From a bacterium (GTDB lineage Bacteria; Zhuqueibacterota; Zhuqueibacteria; Oceanimicrobiales; Oceanimicrobiaceae), in assembly GCA_046757165.1 (NCBI GenBank), contig JBHHXT010000004.1, positions 1-64,000 of the forward strand: DNA of 64,000 bases, read 5' to 3'. This document shows, in pieces, positions 8,868 to 20,116 of the stretch. Within the stretch, counting starts at the first letter, position 1; every line of letters starts with the position of its first letter. The notes under the pieces are model-generated. The model ran no database searches and was not told the DNA's origin. It was given only the letters and a program-made list of their open reading frames with translations. The position numbers and the translations under genes were made by a program.

Positions 8868-9215
8868 TCAGTAAACGCGCGCAAAGTTGTTGAGCAAATC
8901 CACAATCGACTCAAAATCCTTGTGATCCAATTTCAACAATTGGAAGCCGGTGCGGAAGGATGAGTTATCGTGGTCTTCTGGTTGACACCAGACACTTTTG
9001 GCATCGAAATCGACATGTTTCAGGCCGAACAACTTGCGCGGCAGGGTGATACTCAACTGATAATCTGTTTTCGCGGTAATAGGCGTTTCGGTTCGCATCA
9101 TCATACCAGCCGGTGTGATATTCAGCAGTTGTCCGAAGGGCTCTTCGGACCCTCTGCGGAAGACTGCGAGGTGGACGCCAAGGTTCGTTCTTCTGTACTG
9201 TCTCCGTTCGAACAC
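8868..9215 (-). CDS. PilZ domain protein
   Basis: RQYRR and NITPAG motifs, SVWC..GF; GTG start with AAAGGAG RBS. Confidence 0.85.
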   Translation of the reverse strand: MFERRQYRRTNLGVHLAVFRRGSEEPFGQLLNITPAGMMMRTETPITAKTDYQLSITLPRKLFGLKHVDFDAKSVWCQPEDHDNSSFRTGFQLLKLDHKDFESIVDLLNNFARVY

Positions 9216-9307
9216 AGTCTGCTCCTTTCAATAAGTTGCATCATCGGCATTTTAGCATCTTCGTCAATTATCGGCAGAGTGTGTGAAAGTATGCTCAGGA
9301 AATCACA

Positions 9308-10651
<1,344 letters not shown>

Positions 10652-10689
10652 AGATCTCTTTTGAAATAACTGATTTCTCAGGCATGGGT

Positions 10690-11028
10690 TCAGGTGAAAC
10701 TGTCTATCGCTTTATCTATTGTTTCGAAGGTTTCAAAAACGGTCAGCAGTTTTGTGATCATCAAAAGACTTTGAATCCGGTCGGTGATGTTGGCAAGCTT
10801 CAGGTCGCCACCGTTGTTGCGCATGGTCGTCAAGCCGCCGATCAGGATGCCAAGACCCGAGCTGTTCATCCAGTCCACTTTGTTCAAGTCGGCGACGATC
10901 TTGGTTTTGCCCGCCTCGATGAGCTCGTGCAATTTCTCATTCAGCAGGGAAGCATCCGGACCGCCCATGATTTTTCCGGACAATTCAAGAACGACAACGT
11001 CGCCTGATTCACGTTCAGTCATCTTCAT
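10690..11028 (-). CDS. STAS-domain anti-sigma factor antagonist (RsbV/SpoIIAA-like)
   Basis: DLNKVDWMNSSGLG phospho-Ser motif. Start MKMTER. Confidence 0.92.
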   Translation of the reverse strand: MKMTERESGDVVVLELSGKIMGGPDASLLNEKLHELIEAGKTKIVADLNKVDWMNSSGLGILIGGLTTMRNNGGDLKLANITDRIQSLLMITKLLTVFETFETIDKAIDSFT

Positions 11029-11065
11029 TGCTATTTTCCTCCCGAATTTAGTGACTAGAACAGCC

Positions 11066-11986
11066 CTAAGCACGTTTCGGCAGCGGCCGCCCTTTCTTTT
11101 GTTCCCGGCGCTTCTCCCATTCGACCACTATCGGGCTGGCGATAAAGATGGAGCTATAGGTTCCGACCACGACGCCGACGATCAGCGCAAACGCAAAGTT
11201 GTGAATCACTTCGCCTCCGAAGAAATACAGAATGGTGACCACAAACAGGGTGGTCAGGGAGGTCACCAGCGTGCGCGTGAGCGATTCGTTGATGCTGGAA
11301 TTGACGATGGTCTCATACGTCTCGCGGCGCAGGACCTTCAGATTTTCACGGATGCGGTCAAAAACAACGATGGTATCGTTGAGCGAATAGCCGACGATGG
11401 TGAGAAAGGCCGCGATGATCGCCAGCGAAATCTCCAGGTTCAAGACCGAAAACACGCCAATGGTGATCAGGACGTCATGAAACAGAGCGACGATGGCGCC
11501 GATGGCAAAAATGAACTCGAACCGCCAGCTCACATAAAGCAGGATCAGCAAAAGCGCCAGCAACACAGCCAGCAAGGCGGCCTCCCGCAGCTCAGCGCCA
11601 ATTTTCGGGCCGACCTTCTCGACCAATTGCACGGTATAGGGGTTCTCCGCAAACGCGCCGGAAATGCTGGCTTTGATGGCATCCGAGATTTCCGTGCCCG
11701 ATTCCTGCTGCTCGACACGAATGAGAATTTCAGTGTCGGCGCCAAAGCTCTTGACCTCTGCATTGGCATAGCCAGCCGAGGCGACCACCTTGCGGATGTC
11801 GGCAACCGAAACCGGTTTCTCAAAGCTCAGCTCGATGGAGGTTCCCCCCAGGAAATCGATGCCGTAGTTGGGGCCCTTATGGATGATGAGGGAGCCCAGA
11901 CCGATCACGATCAGGGCCACAGACACCATGATAGCGGTGTTCCTTTTGCCAACAAAATCAAACTTTGCGTTTACCAAGAATTGCAT
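11066..11986 (-). CDS. secF: Protein translocase subunit SecF
   Basis: GIDFLGG, VGPKIG and GYSLNDTIVVFDRIRE motifs. Confidence 0.97.
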   Translation of the reverse strand: MQFLVNAKFDFVGKRNTAIMVSVALIVIGLGSLIIHKGPNYGIDFLGGTSIELSFEKPVSVADIRKVVASAGYANAEVKSFGADTEILIRVEQQESGTEISDAIKASISGAFAENPYTVQLVEKVGPKIGAELREAALLAVLLALLLILLYVSWRFEFIFAIGAIVALFHDVLITIGVFSVLNLEISLAIIAAFLTIVGYSLNDTIVVFDRIRENLKVLRRETYETIVNSSINESLTRTLVTSLTTLFVVTILYFFGGEVIHNFAFALIVGVVVGTYSSIFIASPIVVEWEKRREQKKGRPLPKRA

Positions 11987-12007
11987 CTGTTCTCTGCTCC
12001 CGGAAAA

Positions 12008-14053
12008 TTAGATACTCAGTTTCTTTAGTGTCATCCTGCTGGTGAAATAATCGAAGATGACGCGCGTGACGACGATGGCGGTAAACATACTGGCAACGAT
12101 GCCGATGGAGAGCGTGAGCGCAAACCCCTTTACCGGGCCAGTGCCAAATTGGTACAGCACAAGCGCCGTCAACAGCGTCGTCAAGTTGGCATCGAGGATA
12201 GTCTTGAATGCGCGGGCATAGCCGGCGTCGATGGCTGCGCGCACCGTCTTTCCGTGTCTGAGCTCCTCCCTGATTCGCTCGAAGATCAACACGTTGGCGT
12301 CCACTGCCATACCGATCGTCAGAATCATGCCAGCCACACCCGGCAGGGTCAGGGTGGCATGAAAGCCGGCGAGAAATGCCAGAATGATCAGCATGTTCAA
12401 GAACAGGGCAACGTTGGCAACCAACCCTGACAACCGGTAGTAAACGACCATGAAGATGACCACCAACACCAGACCGACAAGCGCTGAATAGGTGCCTTTC
12501 TCGATGGAATCCTGCCCAAGGGAAGGCCCGACCGTTCGCTCCTCGATCACCTCGATTGGTGCCGGCAGGGCGCCGGCGCGCAGCACAAGCGACAGGTCTT
12601 TGGCTTCGTCAATGTTGGCCATTCCTGTAATCTGGGCCCGGCCTGAGGGGATCCGCTCCTGTATGTTCGGAATGGAGACGATCTTGCCATCCAGCACGAT
12701 GGCCAGCCGTTTGCCGACATTGGCGCCCGTGACTCTGGAGAAGATCTTGGCGCCTTCGCCGGTCAGCTCCATCCCAACCACGGATTCACCCGCACGCAGT
12801 TGACTGCCAATTTGCACCTGCGCGTCAGCGATCTTGTCACCTGTAAGTTCGGGGTCCTTTTTGAGCAGGTGGAGTGGATAGTATTCCTGTTCGCCGTGTG
12901 TCTCGGGTTTGTTGAAGAAAAGAAACTCCACATCGTCGGGTAGTATTTGCCGAACTTCGGGCGAGTTCAGAATACGCTCCACTGTGCGCACATTCTTGGT
13001 TGGCACTGCCAGGCCATAACCCGGTAACCCCGCAAGCAGGGCATCAAATGGCCGATCCTCGAATACTTCCTGGTCCAGTAAAACAGTCGAATCTGCATCA
13101 TCGATTGCAGCGGAATCCGCATCGGACAGGCCCAGAACTTCGGAGACCGAAACCTCGGTGTCTTGCCGTACTCTCTGCGGTGCCGTGCTGTCGCTGGCAG
13201 AAATCTCCAGCGAATCATCACTGGCCTTGCCAAGCTGCTTTTTCATCACGAGGTTGATTTTGTCCAGCACCATATTGCGGACATTCGGCTCCGACGCCAA
13301 TTGAAACTCGAGCAAAGCGGTGGTGCCAATGATCTTCTTGGCGCGCCCGACATCCTGGATACCGGCGAGCTCAATGACGATTCTGCGCGCCCCTCTTTTG
13401 GTGATCGAGGGCTCGGATACGCCAAACTGGTCGATGCGGTTCCTCAGAACCTCCAGCGTGCGCTCCACGGCGTCCTCGGCATTATCCTCTAACTGGCTGA
13501 TGATCTCGGTATCAGAGTCCCCCCTTTTACCAAAGTAGCGGCTGAGCCGCATGCCCTTCTCTTGAAAAACAACAGGAAGCGCCTCGAAAAAATCTTCGTT
13601 TTCACGATTGACGCGCTGTTTGATTTTGCGCAGCGCATCTTCGAAATCTGCGTCTCTTTCTTTGGTGACGTTTTCGAGAAGCTTGGGCATATCTACTTCG
13701 TAAACCAAATAGGTGCCCCCCTGCAGGTCGAGGCCCAACTTGATCGATTTTGGCTCATTCTCGACGATCTTTTCATCCAACTCGATAAGCTTCCTGACGT
13801 CGACCATCAGTTCTTCGACGTCTTTGCCATCCGTGCCTTTGAAGTTATTGAGCACCAATAGCTCCAGGTTGCCGCTCGAGAGCGCCGCCTTGATGTCATT
13901 GGTCGTCAGTGAGGTATTCGATTCGATTTCGGAGTAGTATTTTTGGGCTTTGTCCGTTTGTCTCTCAAGCTGAAATGTCGGGAAGAGCACTATGCTGGAC
14001 CATGCGACGGCCAACAAGACGATCATGGTTCTCAAAAGATTGTTTCTGCGCAT
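12008..14053 (-). CDS. secD: Protein translocase subunit SecD
   Basis: LGLDLQGG, RIDQFGVSEP, LRAGALP, VGPSLG and GMAVDANVLIFERIREE motifs. Confidence 0.97.
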   Translation of the reverse strand: MRRNNLLRTMIVLLAVAWSSIVLFPTFQLERQTDKAQKYYSEIESNTSLTTNDIKAALSSGNLELLVLNNFKGTDGKDVEELMVDVRKLIELDEKIVENEPKSIKLGLDLQGGTYLVYEVDMPKLLENVTKERDADFEDALRKIKQRVNRENEDFFEALPVVFQEKGMRLSRYFGKRGDSDTEIISQLEDNAEDAVERTLEVLRNRIDQFGVSEPSITKRGARRIVIELAGIQDVGRAKKIIGTTALLEFQLASEPNVRNMVLDKINLVMKKQLGKASDDSLEISASDSTAPQRVRQDTEVSVSEVLGLSDADSAAIDDADSTVLLDQEVFEDRPFDALLAGLPGYGLAVPTKNVRTVERILNSPEVRQILPDDVEFLFFNKPETHGEQEYYPLHLLKKDPELTGDKIADAQVQIGSQLRAGESVVGMELTGEGAKIFSRVTGANVGKRLAIVLDGKIVSIPNIQERIPSGRAQITGMANIDEAKDLSLVLRAGALPAPIEVIEERTVGPSLGQDSIEKGTYSALVGLVLVVIFMVVYYRLSGLVANVALFLNMLIILAFLAGFHATLTLPGVAGMILTIGMAVDANVLIFERIREELRHGKTVRAAIDAGYARAFKTILDANLTTLLTALVLYQFGTGPVKGFALTLSIGIVASMFTAIVVTRVIFDYFTSRMTLKKLSI

Positions 14054-14088
14054 TTCGCCATTAACCTCCCGGATAAAATTCAGAGCGC

Positions 14089-14117
14089 AATCTACTATTT
14101 ACTTTCAAAAAAGTCAA
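14089..14117 (-). promoter_or_regulatory. sigma70-type promoter for secDF
   Basis: TTGACT-17 nt-TAGATT on the minus strand. Confidence 0.55.
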
Positions 14118-14200
14118 GGAGTCGACTTGGTTATTCAAGAGCGCTACATGGAATACGCGGATATGACAGCGTGAAGCCTGGCCTGGGTTGCCCCTACGGA

Positions 14201-14362
14201 CTACGAATGTCGGCTTGAATGGCAATCCGGTTCAGATTCTTGCTGAAGCCTTTTGACGACCTCTTTCGCGACTTTCCTGAGCAAGTCAGGATTCGCGCGA
14301 GGTCCCAATACGCGCATGGCCTCCTCGATAATTTGCCGAATTTTTTCTTCGGTAACTGGCAA
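14201..14362 (-). CDS. Small helical hypothetical protein (53 aa)
   Basis: TTG start; amphipathic TEEKIRQIIEEAMRVLG..PDLLRKVAKEVVKRL; own promoter just upstream. Confidence 0.5.
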   Translation of the reverse strand: MPVTEEKIRQIIEEAMRVLGPRANPDLLRKVAKEVVKRLQQESEPDCHSSRHS

Positions 14363-14386
14363 GATCTCTCTTATCAACAAACACGG

Positions 14387-14415
14387 AATATAACCTATTC
14401 TGGGATGATTTGCAA
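14387..14415 (-). promoter_or_regulatory. sigma70-type promoter for the small ORF
   Basis: TTGCAA-17 nt-TATATT. Confidence 0.5.
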
Positions 14416-14439
14416 GTACAAATTTGAAGCGAAAAAATA

Positions 14440-14468
14440 TTGACAGCATGTTTTCAATTCGCTATATT
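14440..14468 (+). promoter_or_regulatory. sigma70-type promoter for the CHAT gene (divergent)
   Basis: TTGACA-17 nt-TATATT. Confidence 0.65.
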
Positions 14469-14547
14469 ACACCCTTGCGTGGGCGTCCGACATCGAGGGG
14501 TTTCCGCATCCGGGTGATGTAATCTCGCAGTCGAGTTAAGAAAGCGA

Positions 14548-17500
14548 ATGAAAAAATCGAGTATTCTTGCGAACCTGATCTATATAGCAACTTGTGTTTC
14601 TTTTGCCATTGGCCAAACCGGCCCCGCCTCAGATGCCAGATCCAATTTTGAGTTAGCGCTCAAAGCTGCCAGAGATCTTGATTATCTGCAGGCGATTGAG
14701 CATCTGCAGCAGGCTGTTGCGAGGGATTCCACGTTCATCGAAGCCTACCTCACCCTCGCAGACGTTTTCAACTATTCAAATTCGCTGGCAGAGGGCAAAG
14801 CTTACTTCCAGCAGGCGATCGACCAGCATCCGGAACACCCTGGCCCTTATGTGGCTTTGGCCAGGCTGAGCTTGCATTCTGGCGACCGGGAGCAGGCGTT
14901 TGAGTTTAGCCGGCGCGCATTCAAGCAGGGCTCGCTTTCTAAGGAGACGCTGTGGCTACTCGTCGAATCCGCCCTGGTACTCAAAAAAACGAGGGCACTT
15001 GCCGCCACCCTGAGAAAATTCCGAAAAAGCCCGTCACAAAAACATCTCTACGAGCTCGGCTACGCCTTGTGGCGGCTTAGAATAAACAAGTTCAAAAAGG
15101 CCAAGGCGACGATCCTCCGCTACCTGGAGCAGCAGAGCCAGGACCCTTACGGGCACAAGCTTTTGGGAGACATTTCACGCAACCTGGATGAATTTGCCTC
15201 TTCAAACAGGGCCTATCGCAAAGCCCTTACCCTGATTGCGCCCTCGGCGAAAAACTTTCAGGCGACCCTATACTCAAACCTGGGGGCTAACTTTTTCGAG
15301 ATCAACCAACCCGATTCAGGCTCTTTTTATTTTGAACAAGCATTAAGAGTTGCTGATGAGATAGGCGCACGACAAAAGCAGGTGGAGACCCGCCTGGCAC
15401 TGAGCGCTTATTACGCGCAGCGGCGTGAGCTGCGCGCCTTTATCCGAGTTTGTAAAGAAGGCGTCCACCTGCTGGCCGGTTCGAACTTCGATGCTGACCT
15501 GCTCGCATTCTATTTGAATTTGGCCGATGTCTATGATACTTTGAAAGCCCGCGCTCGTGCCTTGACCTACTACAAATTGGCCCATGAGCAGGCCGTTGCA
15601 CTCGAGGATCGCGCCCAGCAGGCGGGCATCAATCTTGCCATCGGCCAACAGTATGCGGCATTGCGGCAGTTCGGGCCGGCAATTTCCTATTTAGAAACGA
15701 GTTACGGCCAGGCTCAGGATATTCACGACGAAGGGCTGGCGCACCGGGCACTGCTGGCCATGGCCGAGGTCTACGATTTCAAGGGGGATGTTGAGCAGGC
15801 AAAAAAAGCCTACGAAACAGTGCTCAGGTTTGCGCAGCACAAGCAGGAAAACCACCTGACCGAGAGATGTTTGCTCAAACTCGCCAATATGTACCTCACC
15901 CAGTCACAGGATTTTGGCAGCGCGACATACTATTTGACCCGGGCCGACGCCCTGGCGCGCCAAACCTTTCAGCTCCAGTTCGCAGCGAATCATCGCTGGA
16001 TGCAGGGCAATATAGCGCTGGCTGAGAACAAGATCGAGGTGGCTGAGACGTCTTTTCTACAGGCCATTCAACTCGGCAGAGAGACGGGCTCCTACCTGTC
16101 CTTTCTCGCCGGCCAGGCTGGCCTGATCAAAACCTATCTACAAACTGATTTTGCCGACCTCGCCGCCGCTCATGCAGATACGGCGCTCAACTATCTGGAC
16201 GAATTCTATTCTCTCTGCATCTCCGAGTTTACGTTCGAATTCTTCGACCTGAAGAACGACCTGATCGTTCCGGCGATCAACGCCTATGCTTCCGTAGGCC
16301 ACCTGGCGCGGTTATTTGAGACCACGGAAACCTACAAAGCCGTCACGCATCAGATCAATACCAACGAGGTCGTCCTCTTGACCAACGATGTCCGGATCGA
16401 TTCCATAAAAGATGTCACCGAAACCACACGCAGGACGATTGAGAACAAGTGGCGGATGCTCTGGGACGAGTGGAAGCAAGACCAACGGGACGACCTGGAG
16501 CTCGTGATGCGGACAAAACATGAGATCAAGGAGCTTCATAGACGGCAGCAGGCATTTCTGGCCCGGGTCATGAGAGAGTATCCGGAACTCTACGATCTGT
16601 TCAAACCCCCCGTTAAGACTCTGTCAGAGACTCAGGCGGCTTTGGCCTCCCTGAACGGAACTCTGCTGCATTACCTGGTGAGCGAGCAAGCTACTTTTAT
16701 TGTGGTCGTGCGGCCAGCAGGCGTTTATTGCAAACGGGTCAATATCAATCGCTCTTCGCTCGAGACTTACGTGCGAGAGGTCAATCCGATGTTCCGCAAG
16801 ACTGTTGAGCGTTACGACGATATCAACGATGCCGAGCTGACCGAGTTTGGCCTGGACAGAGCGGCACACCTGTACAAGCTACTGGTCGAGCCCGTACGGC
16901 CCTGGCTGCCAGAGGGAGGCACGTTGATTATTTCCGCCGATGACGCTTTGAATCGGTTACCGCTTGAAATCCTGGTAACCAACCCGGAGGACTTGATCGA
17001 CAATCACGATTATGCGCAAGCCAGATACCTGGTGGAGGACTTTCCGATTCTCTACGTCCCGTTTTCAACCTTTCTAAAGACCGAAGCAGGAGAACGTGCA
17101 CGGGTGCCAGGAAAGTTGCTGGCGTTTGTCACGCCTTCTGGACCTAGCAAACAGGACGCTGCCAGCAACGACGCTGCGAATGGCCGCACACAAACCGCCG
17201 CAGAAAGTGAAGCTCCAGTCGAAATCAAGACAGTTGCCAGAGTCTTTAGCCGGAAACAGAGCAAGATACTGACTCACGAGCGTGCAACCAAGGCCAACTT
17301 CCTGACTGAAAGCCCGCACTATCAGATTCTCCATCTGTCGGTGCCGACCGTCCTAAATGACGCCACGCCGTTGTATTCAAGAATGACCTTTTCAGACGAG
17401 AGTGAAAGCGACCTCGAGGTCTATGACCTGTTCACCTTGAAGCTGGGTGCAGAGCTCGCGGTCTTAAGCGGCTGCGAAAGGAAAATTGCCGGGCCGGGTA

Positions 17501-17880
17501 GCGGTGGCATGGCTCTGAATGGCATGCTGCACGGGTTCATGTTCGCGGGCGTTCCTAGCCTGCTGACCAGTTTCTGGCGTGTGCCGCCGCCGCAGGAAGC
17601 AAGGGTGCTTTCCGAGTTCTATGCCAACCTCAGATTGGGCCGCAACAAAGCCGAGGCGCTGCAGACGGCGAAACTCTCCTATCTGCGGAACGAAAACAGA
17701 AACCCCTATTTTTGGGCCGGGGTGGTGCTGTACGGTAACCCGGCGGCCATGCAGCTGAACTCAAACGCCACCTATCTTGTCGTCTACATGACCATTGTTG
17801 GCCTGCTCATGCTGGCGGTGGTTTTTGCGCGGCAAATGGTCAAAAGCGTGAAGAAACGGCGGGCAATGGCTCAATCATAA
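14548..17880 (+). CDS. TPR-CHAT domain protein with signal peptide and C-terminal TM anchor
   Basis: Many TPRs; CHAT motifs LIISADDALNRLPLE, VLSGCE, SFW and NPYFWAG; hydrophobic C-terminal helix followed by basic residues. Confidence 0.9.
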   Translation: MKKSSILANLIYIATCVSFAIGQTGPASDARSNFELALKAARDLDYLQAIEHLQQAVARDSTFIEAYLTLADVFNYSNSLAEGKAYFQQAIDQHPEHPGPYVALARLSLHSGDREQAFEFSRRAFKQGSLSKETLWLLVESALVLKKTRALAATLRKFRKSPSQKHLYELGYALWRLRINKFKKAKATILRYLEQQSQDPYGHKLLGDISRNLDEFASSNRAYRKALTLIAPSAKNFQATLYSNLGANFFEINQPDSGSFYFEQALRVADEIGARQKQVETRLALSAYYAQRRELRAFIRVCKEGVHLLAGSNFDADLLAFYLNLADVYDTLKARARALTYYKLAHEQAVALEDRAQQAGINLAIGQQYAALRQFGPAISYLETSYGQAQDIHDEGLAHRALLAMAEVYDFKGDVEQAKKAYETVLRFAQHKQENHLTERCLLKLANMYLTQSQDFGSATYYLTRADALARQTFQLQFAANHRWMQGNIALAENKIEVAETSFLQAIQLGRETGSYLSFLAGQAGLIKTYLQTDFADLAAAHADTALNYLDEFYSLCISEFTFEFFDLKNDLIVPAINAYASVGHLARLFETTETYKAVTHQINTNEVVLLTNDVRIDSIKDVTETTRRTIENKWRMLWDEWKQDQRDDLELVMRTKHEIKELHRRQQAFLARVMREYPELYDLFKPPVKTLSETQAALASLNGTLLHYLVSEQATFIVVVRPAGVYCKRVNINRSSLETYVREVNPMFRKTVERYDDINDAELTEFGLDRAAHLYKLLVEPVRPWLPEGGTLIISADDALNRLPLEILVTNPEDLIDNHDYAQARYLVEDFPILYVPFSTFLKTEAGERARVPGKLLAFVTPSGPSKQDAASNDAANGRTQTAAESEAPVEIKTVARVFSRKQSKILTHERATKANFLTESPHYQILHLSVPTVLNDATPLYSRMTFSDESESDLEVYDLFTLKLGAELAVLSGCERKIAGPGSGGMALNGMLHGFMFAGVPSLLTSFWRVPPPQEARVLSEFYANLRLGRNKAEALQTAKLSYLRNENRNPYFWAGVVLYGNPAAMQLNSNATYLVVYMTIVGLLMLAVVFARQMVKSVKKRRAMAQS

Positions 17881-18165
17881 CGGAATCTGAACGCGCTCTG
17901 CTCTCAGCCTGCACGGCGCCGCCCCCAGGGCGCGAAGCTTCCTCCTGGGACTTATCGTGTCCCACCTGGCGGTCCTTATCGTACTTCGGCACGATTGTCA
18001 GGGCTGAACACCGGGGAAACAGACATTGTCAGCGCATGCCTCAATGGGGGCCAATTCGCCACTCGTGGCCGCCACCCCTCGTGGTTGGCTGTTATCTCCC
18101 CGCAGGATGATTCATATTGATGAATGCCCCACCGGCGAATCAATCGCGAGGATTTTGTGCCGGCA

Positions 18166-18202
18166 CATTTCATCCGATGGCTGCGAGTCATCGGATGAAA
18201 TG
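18166..18202. terminator. 16-bp stem-loop between convergent genes (terminator or REP-like)
   Basis: CATTTCATCCGATGGC-tgcga-GTCATCGGATGAAATG; no U-tract. Confidence 0.5.
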
Positions 18203-18218
18203 CACCCGTCACTCACGG

Positions 18219-20027
18219 TTATTTCAAGTACAAAAGCTTGCCTGAGTGTACGCTTTGCCTGTAAGTCAGCGAGTAGAGGTAGAAGCCGCTACTGACCTGC
18301 CGGCCGTTGCGGTCCAGGCCGTGCCAGCGCAACCGGTGTCGGCCAGCACTGAGATTGGCTTCGTGCTGCAAGAAAATCTGCCGGCCCAGGAGGTTGGCAA
18401 TCCTCAAGGTGACACCCCCCGCTTCCGGGAGAGAAAATTCGAGCGTGGTCGAGCCGTTGAACGGATTCGGGAAGTTGCCATGCAACTGAAACGTCTCCGG
18501 CACAGAGCTTGCACCGGACGCAATCTCCTTGACACCCGACACCTGGCCTTCCCTCAGCTGAATAAGCTGATTGACAGCCACATTTCGAAGTGTTTCCTCA
18601 TCGCCATTGGGCCAGCGGACCGTCACTTCATCGGCCATCTCGGCCTCGCCCAAACCAAAATGCAGCGGCATGATGGACTGGCCCAGGAAATCAACGCCAT
18701 CATTGGCGCGGGAGAATGTGCGGCCACCGGCGCGCACCCGAACCATGGCGCCAAAAGCGTTACGATTGGAAACCGTTCCGTGCAGCTCCACCTCGAGCCA
18801 GTTTTTCGTGACCGTCTGATTTTCATACAAATAGGGCGATTGCCACCAATTGGCGACCAGCAGATCCATGTCACCGTCGTTGTCGTAATCGAAGACCACC
18901 AACCCGCGTGCTTCGTATTCGCCGTCGCTGCCGGACTCGGCGGATTTATCTTCAAACAGCGGACCTCCTTGATCCAGCAAATTGTCGAAAAAGTAGTTAT
19001 TGCCCGGGTCAATCTTGAACCCGTTGACAACATACAGCTCCAGGTCGCCGTCATGGTCGCAATCAAAAAACTCCGCGCCCCAGGCCCAACCGGTGTCATC
19101 GACCCCCATCTGTCTGGCGAGATTGACAAACTGCCCCTCTCCATTGTTGGTAAACAAAGGGCACGGGACGATATCGGAGATGTTGGTCAAATAGATGTCA
19201 AAAAAGCCGTCGTTGTTATAATCGCCCAGGTCCACCCCCATGCCATGCCCCTCGTCCTCTAAACCGAATTCAGTTGTGGCGTCCACAAAAGTCTTGTCGC
19301 CCCGGTTGCGATAGAATCGATTCGCACCGAAGTCGTTGACCACGTAGAGATCCGGCAGCCCGTCATTGTCACCATCGAGTGGAATGGAGGTCCAGGTTTG
19401 GCCGGTGTCAGCCAGACCGGTCGCGAAGCTGACGTCCAGAAACGTGCCGTCGTTGAGATTCTCGTACATGATGTTCTCCCCAATCCAGGCGCTGACGTAC
19501 AGGTCCAGATCCCCATCCAGGTCATAATCCCACCACACGGCGCTGCTGTTCGTATCGCGCTCGCGGCCGAACACACCGGCGTTTTCTGTTACGTTGGTAA
19601 ACGTGCCGTCTCCGTTGTTGTGGTACAATTCATCCGGTCCCAGGTTGGTCAGGAAGAGATCCGGATAACCGTCGTTATCATAGTCTCCCCAGGCAGCGCC
19701 GAACTTGTAGCCCATGCCGCCATTGGTCTGCCCGGACAGCGTGCTCAGCACTCCTGCCTCGACCGTGACGTCAGCAAAGGTGCCATCCCCCTGGTTTTGG
19801 AAAAGCCGGTTCCAGGTGGTGTCATCGCCAGCATCATATTGCCCGGTGGCAACAAGATAGACATCCAGGTCGCCATCCAAATCATAGTCAGCGACCGCGA
19901 CGCCGTTGGAATGATGCGCCAGGTCCAGGCCGGATTCAACGGTTTTCAAAACGAAAGATTGCGGAAAAGCGGGTGTTGTGGCGAGCAGGAGCCCAGCCAC
20001 GGCAGAAACAGCCAATTTGAATTTCAT
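18219..20027 (-). CDS. FG-GAP repeat / ASPIC-UnbV (CRTAC1-like) secreted protein with FlgD-Ig/T9SS-like C-terminal domain
   Basis: Repeated DYDxDGDxDL motifs, LHFGLG..VRWP ASPIC motif, NFPNPFN CTD; GAGGAGG RBS before MKFKL. Confidence 0.9.
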   Translation of the reverse strand: MKFKLAVSAVAGLLLATTPAFPQSFVLKTVESGLDLAHHSNGVAVADYDLDGDLDVYLVATGQYDAGDDTTWNRLFQNQGDGTFADVTVEAGVLSTLSGQTNGGMGYKFGAAWGDYDNDGYPDLFLTNLGPDELYHNNGDGTFTNVTENAGVFGRERDTNSSAVWWDYDLDGDLDLYVSAWIGENIMYENLNDGTFLDVSFATGLADTGQTWTSIPLDGDNDGLPDLYVVNDFGANRFYRNRGDKTFVDATTEFGLEDEGHGMGVDLGDYNNDGFFDIYLTNISDIVPCPLFTNNGEGQFVNLARQMGVDDTGWAWGAEFFDCDHDGDLELYVVNGFKIDPGNNYFFDNLLDQGGPLFEDKSAESGSDGEYEARGLVVFDYDNDGDMDLLVANWWQSPYLYENQTVTKNWLEVELHGTVSNRNAFGAMVRVRAGGRTFSRANDGVDFLGQSIMPLHFGLGEAEMADEVTVRWPNGDEETLRNVAVNQLIQLREGQVSGVKEIASGASSVPETFQLHGNFPNPFNGSTTLEFSLPEAGGVTLRIANLLGRQIFLQHEANLSAGRHRLRWHGLDRNGRQVSSGFYLYSLTYRQSVHSGKLLYLK

Positions 20028-20059
20028 ACCTATCCTCCTCAAGATAAATAATTGAGGAA

Positions 20060-20088
20060 AATATAGAAAAGAATTGGCTGCTTGTCAA
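20060..20088 (-). promoter_or_regulatory. sigma70-type promoter
   Basis: TTGACA-17 nt-TATATT on the minus strand. Confidence 0.6.
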
Positions 20089-20116
20089 TGAAAAATGTTA
20101 CGGTGGTGTAATCGGC

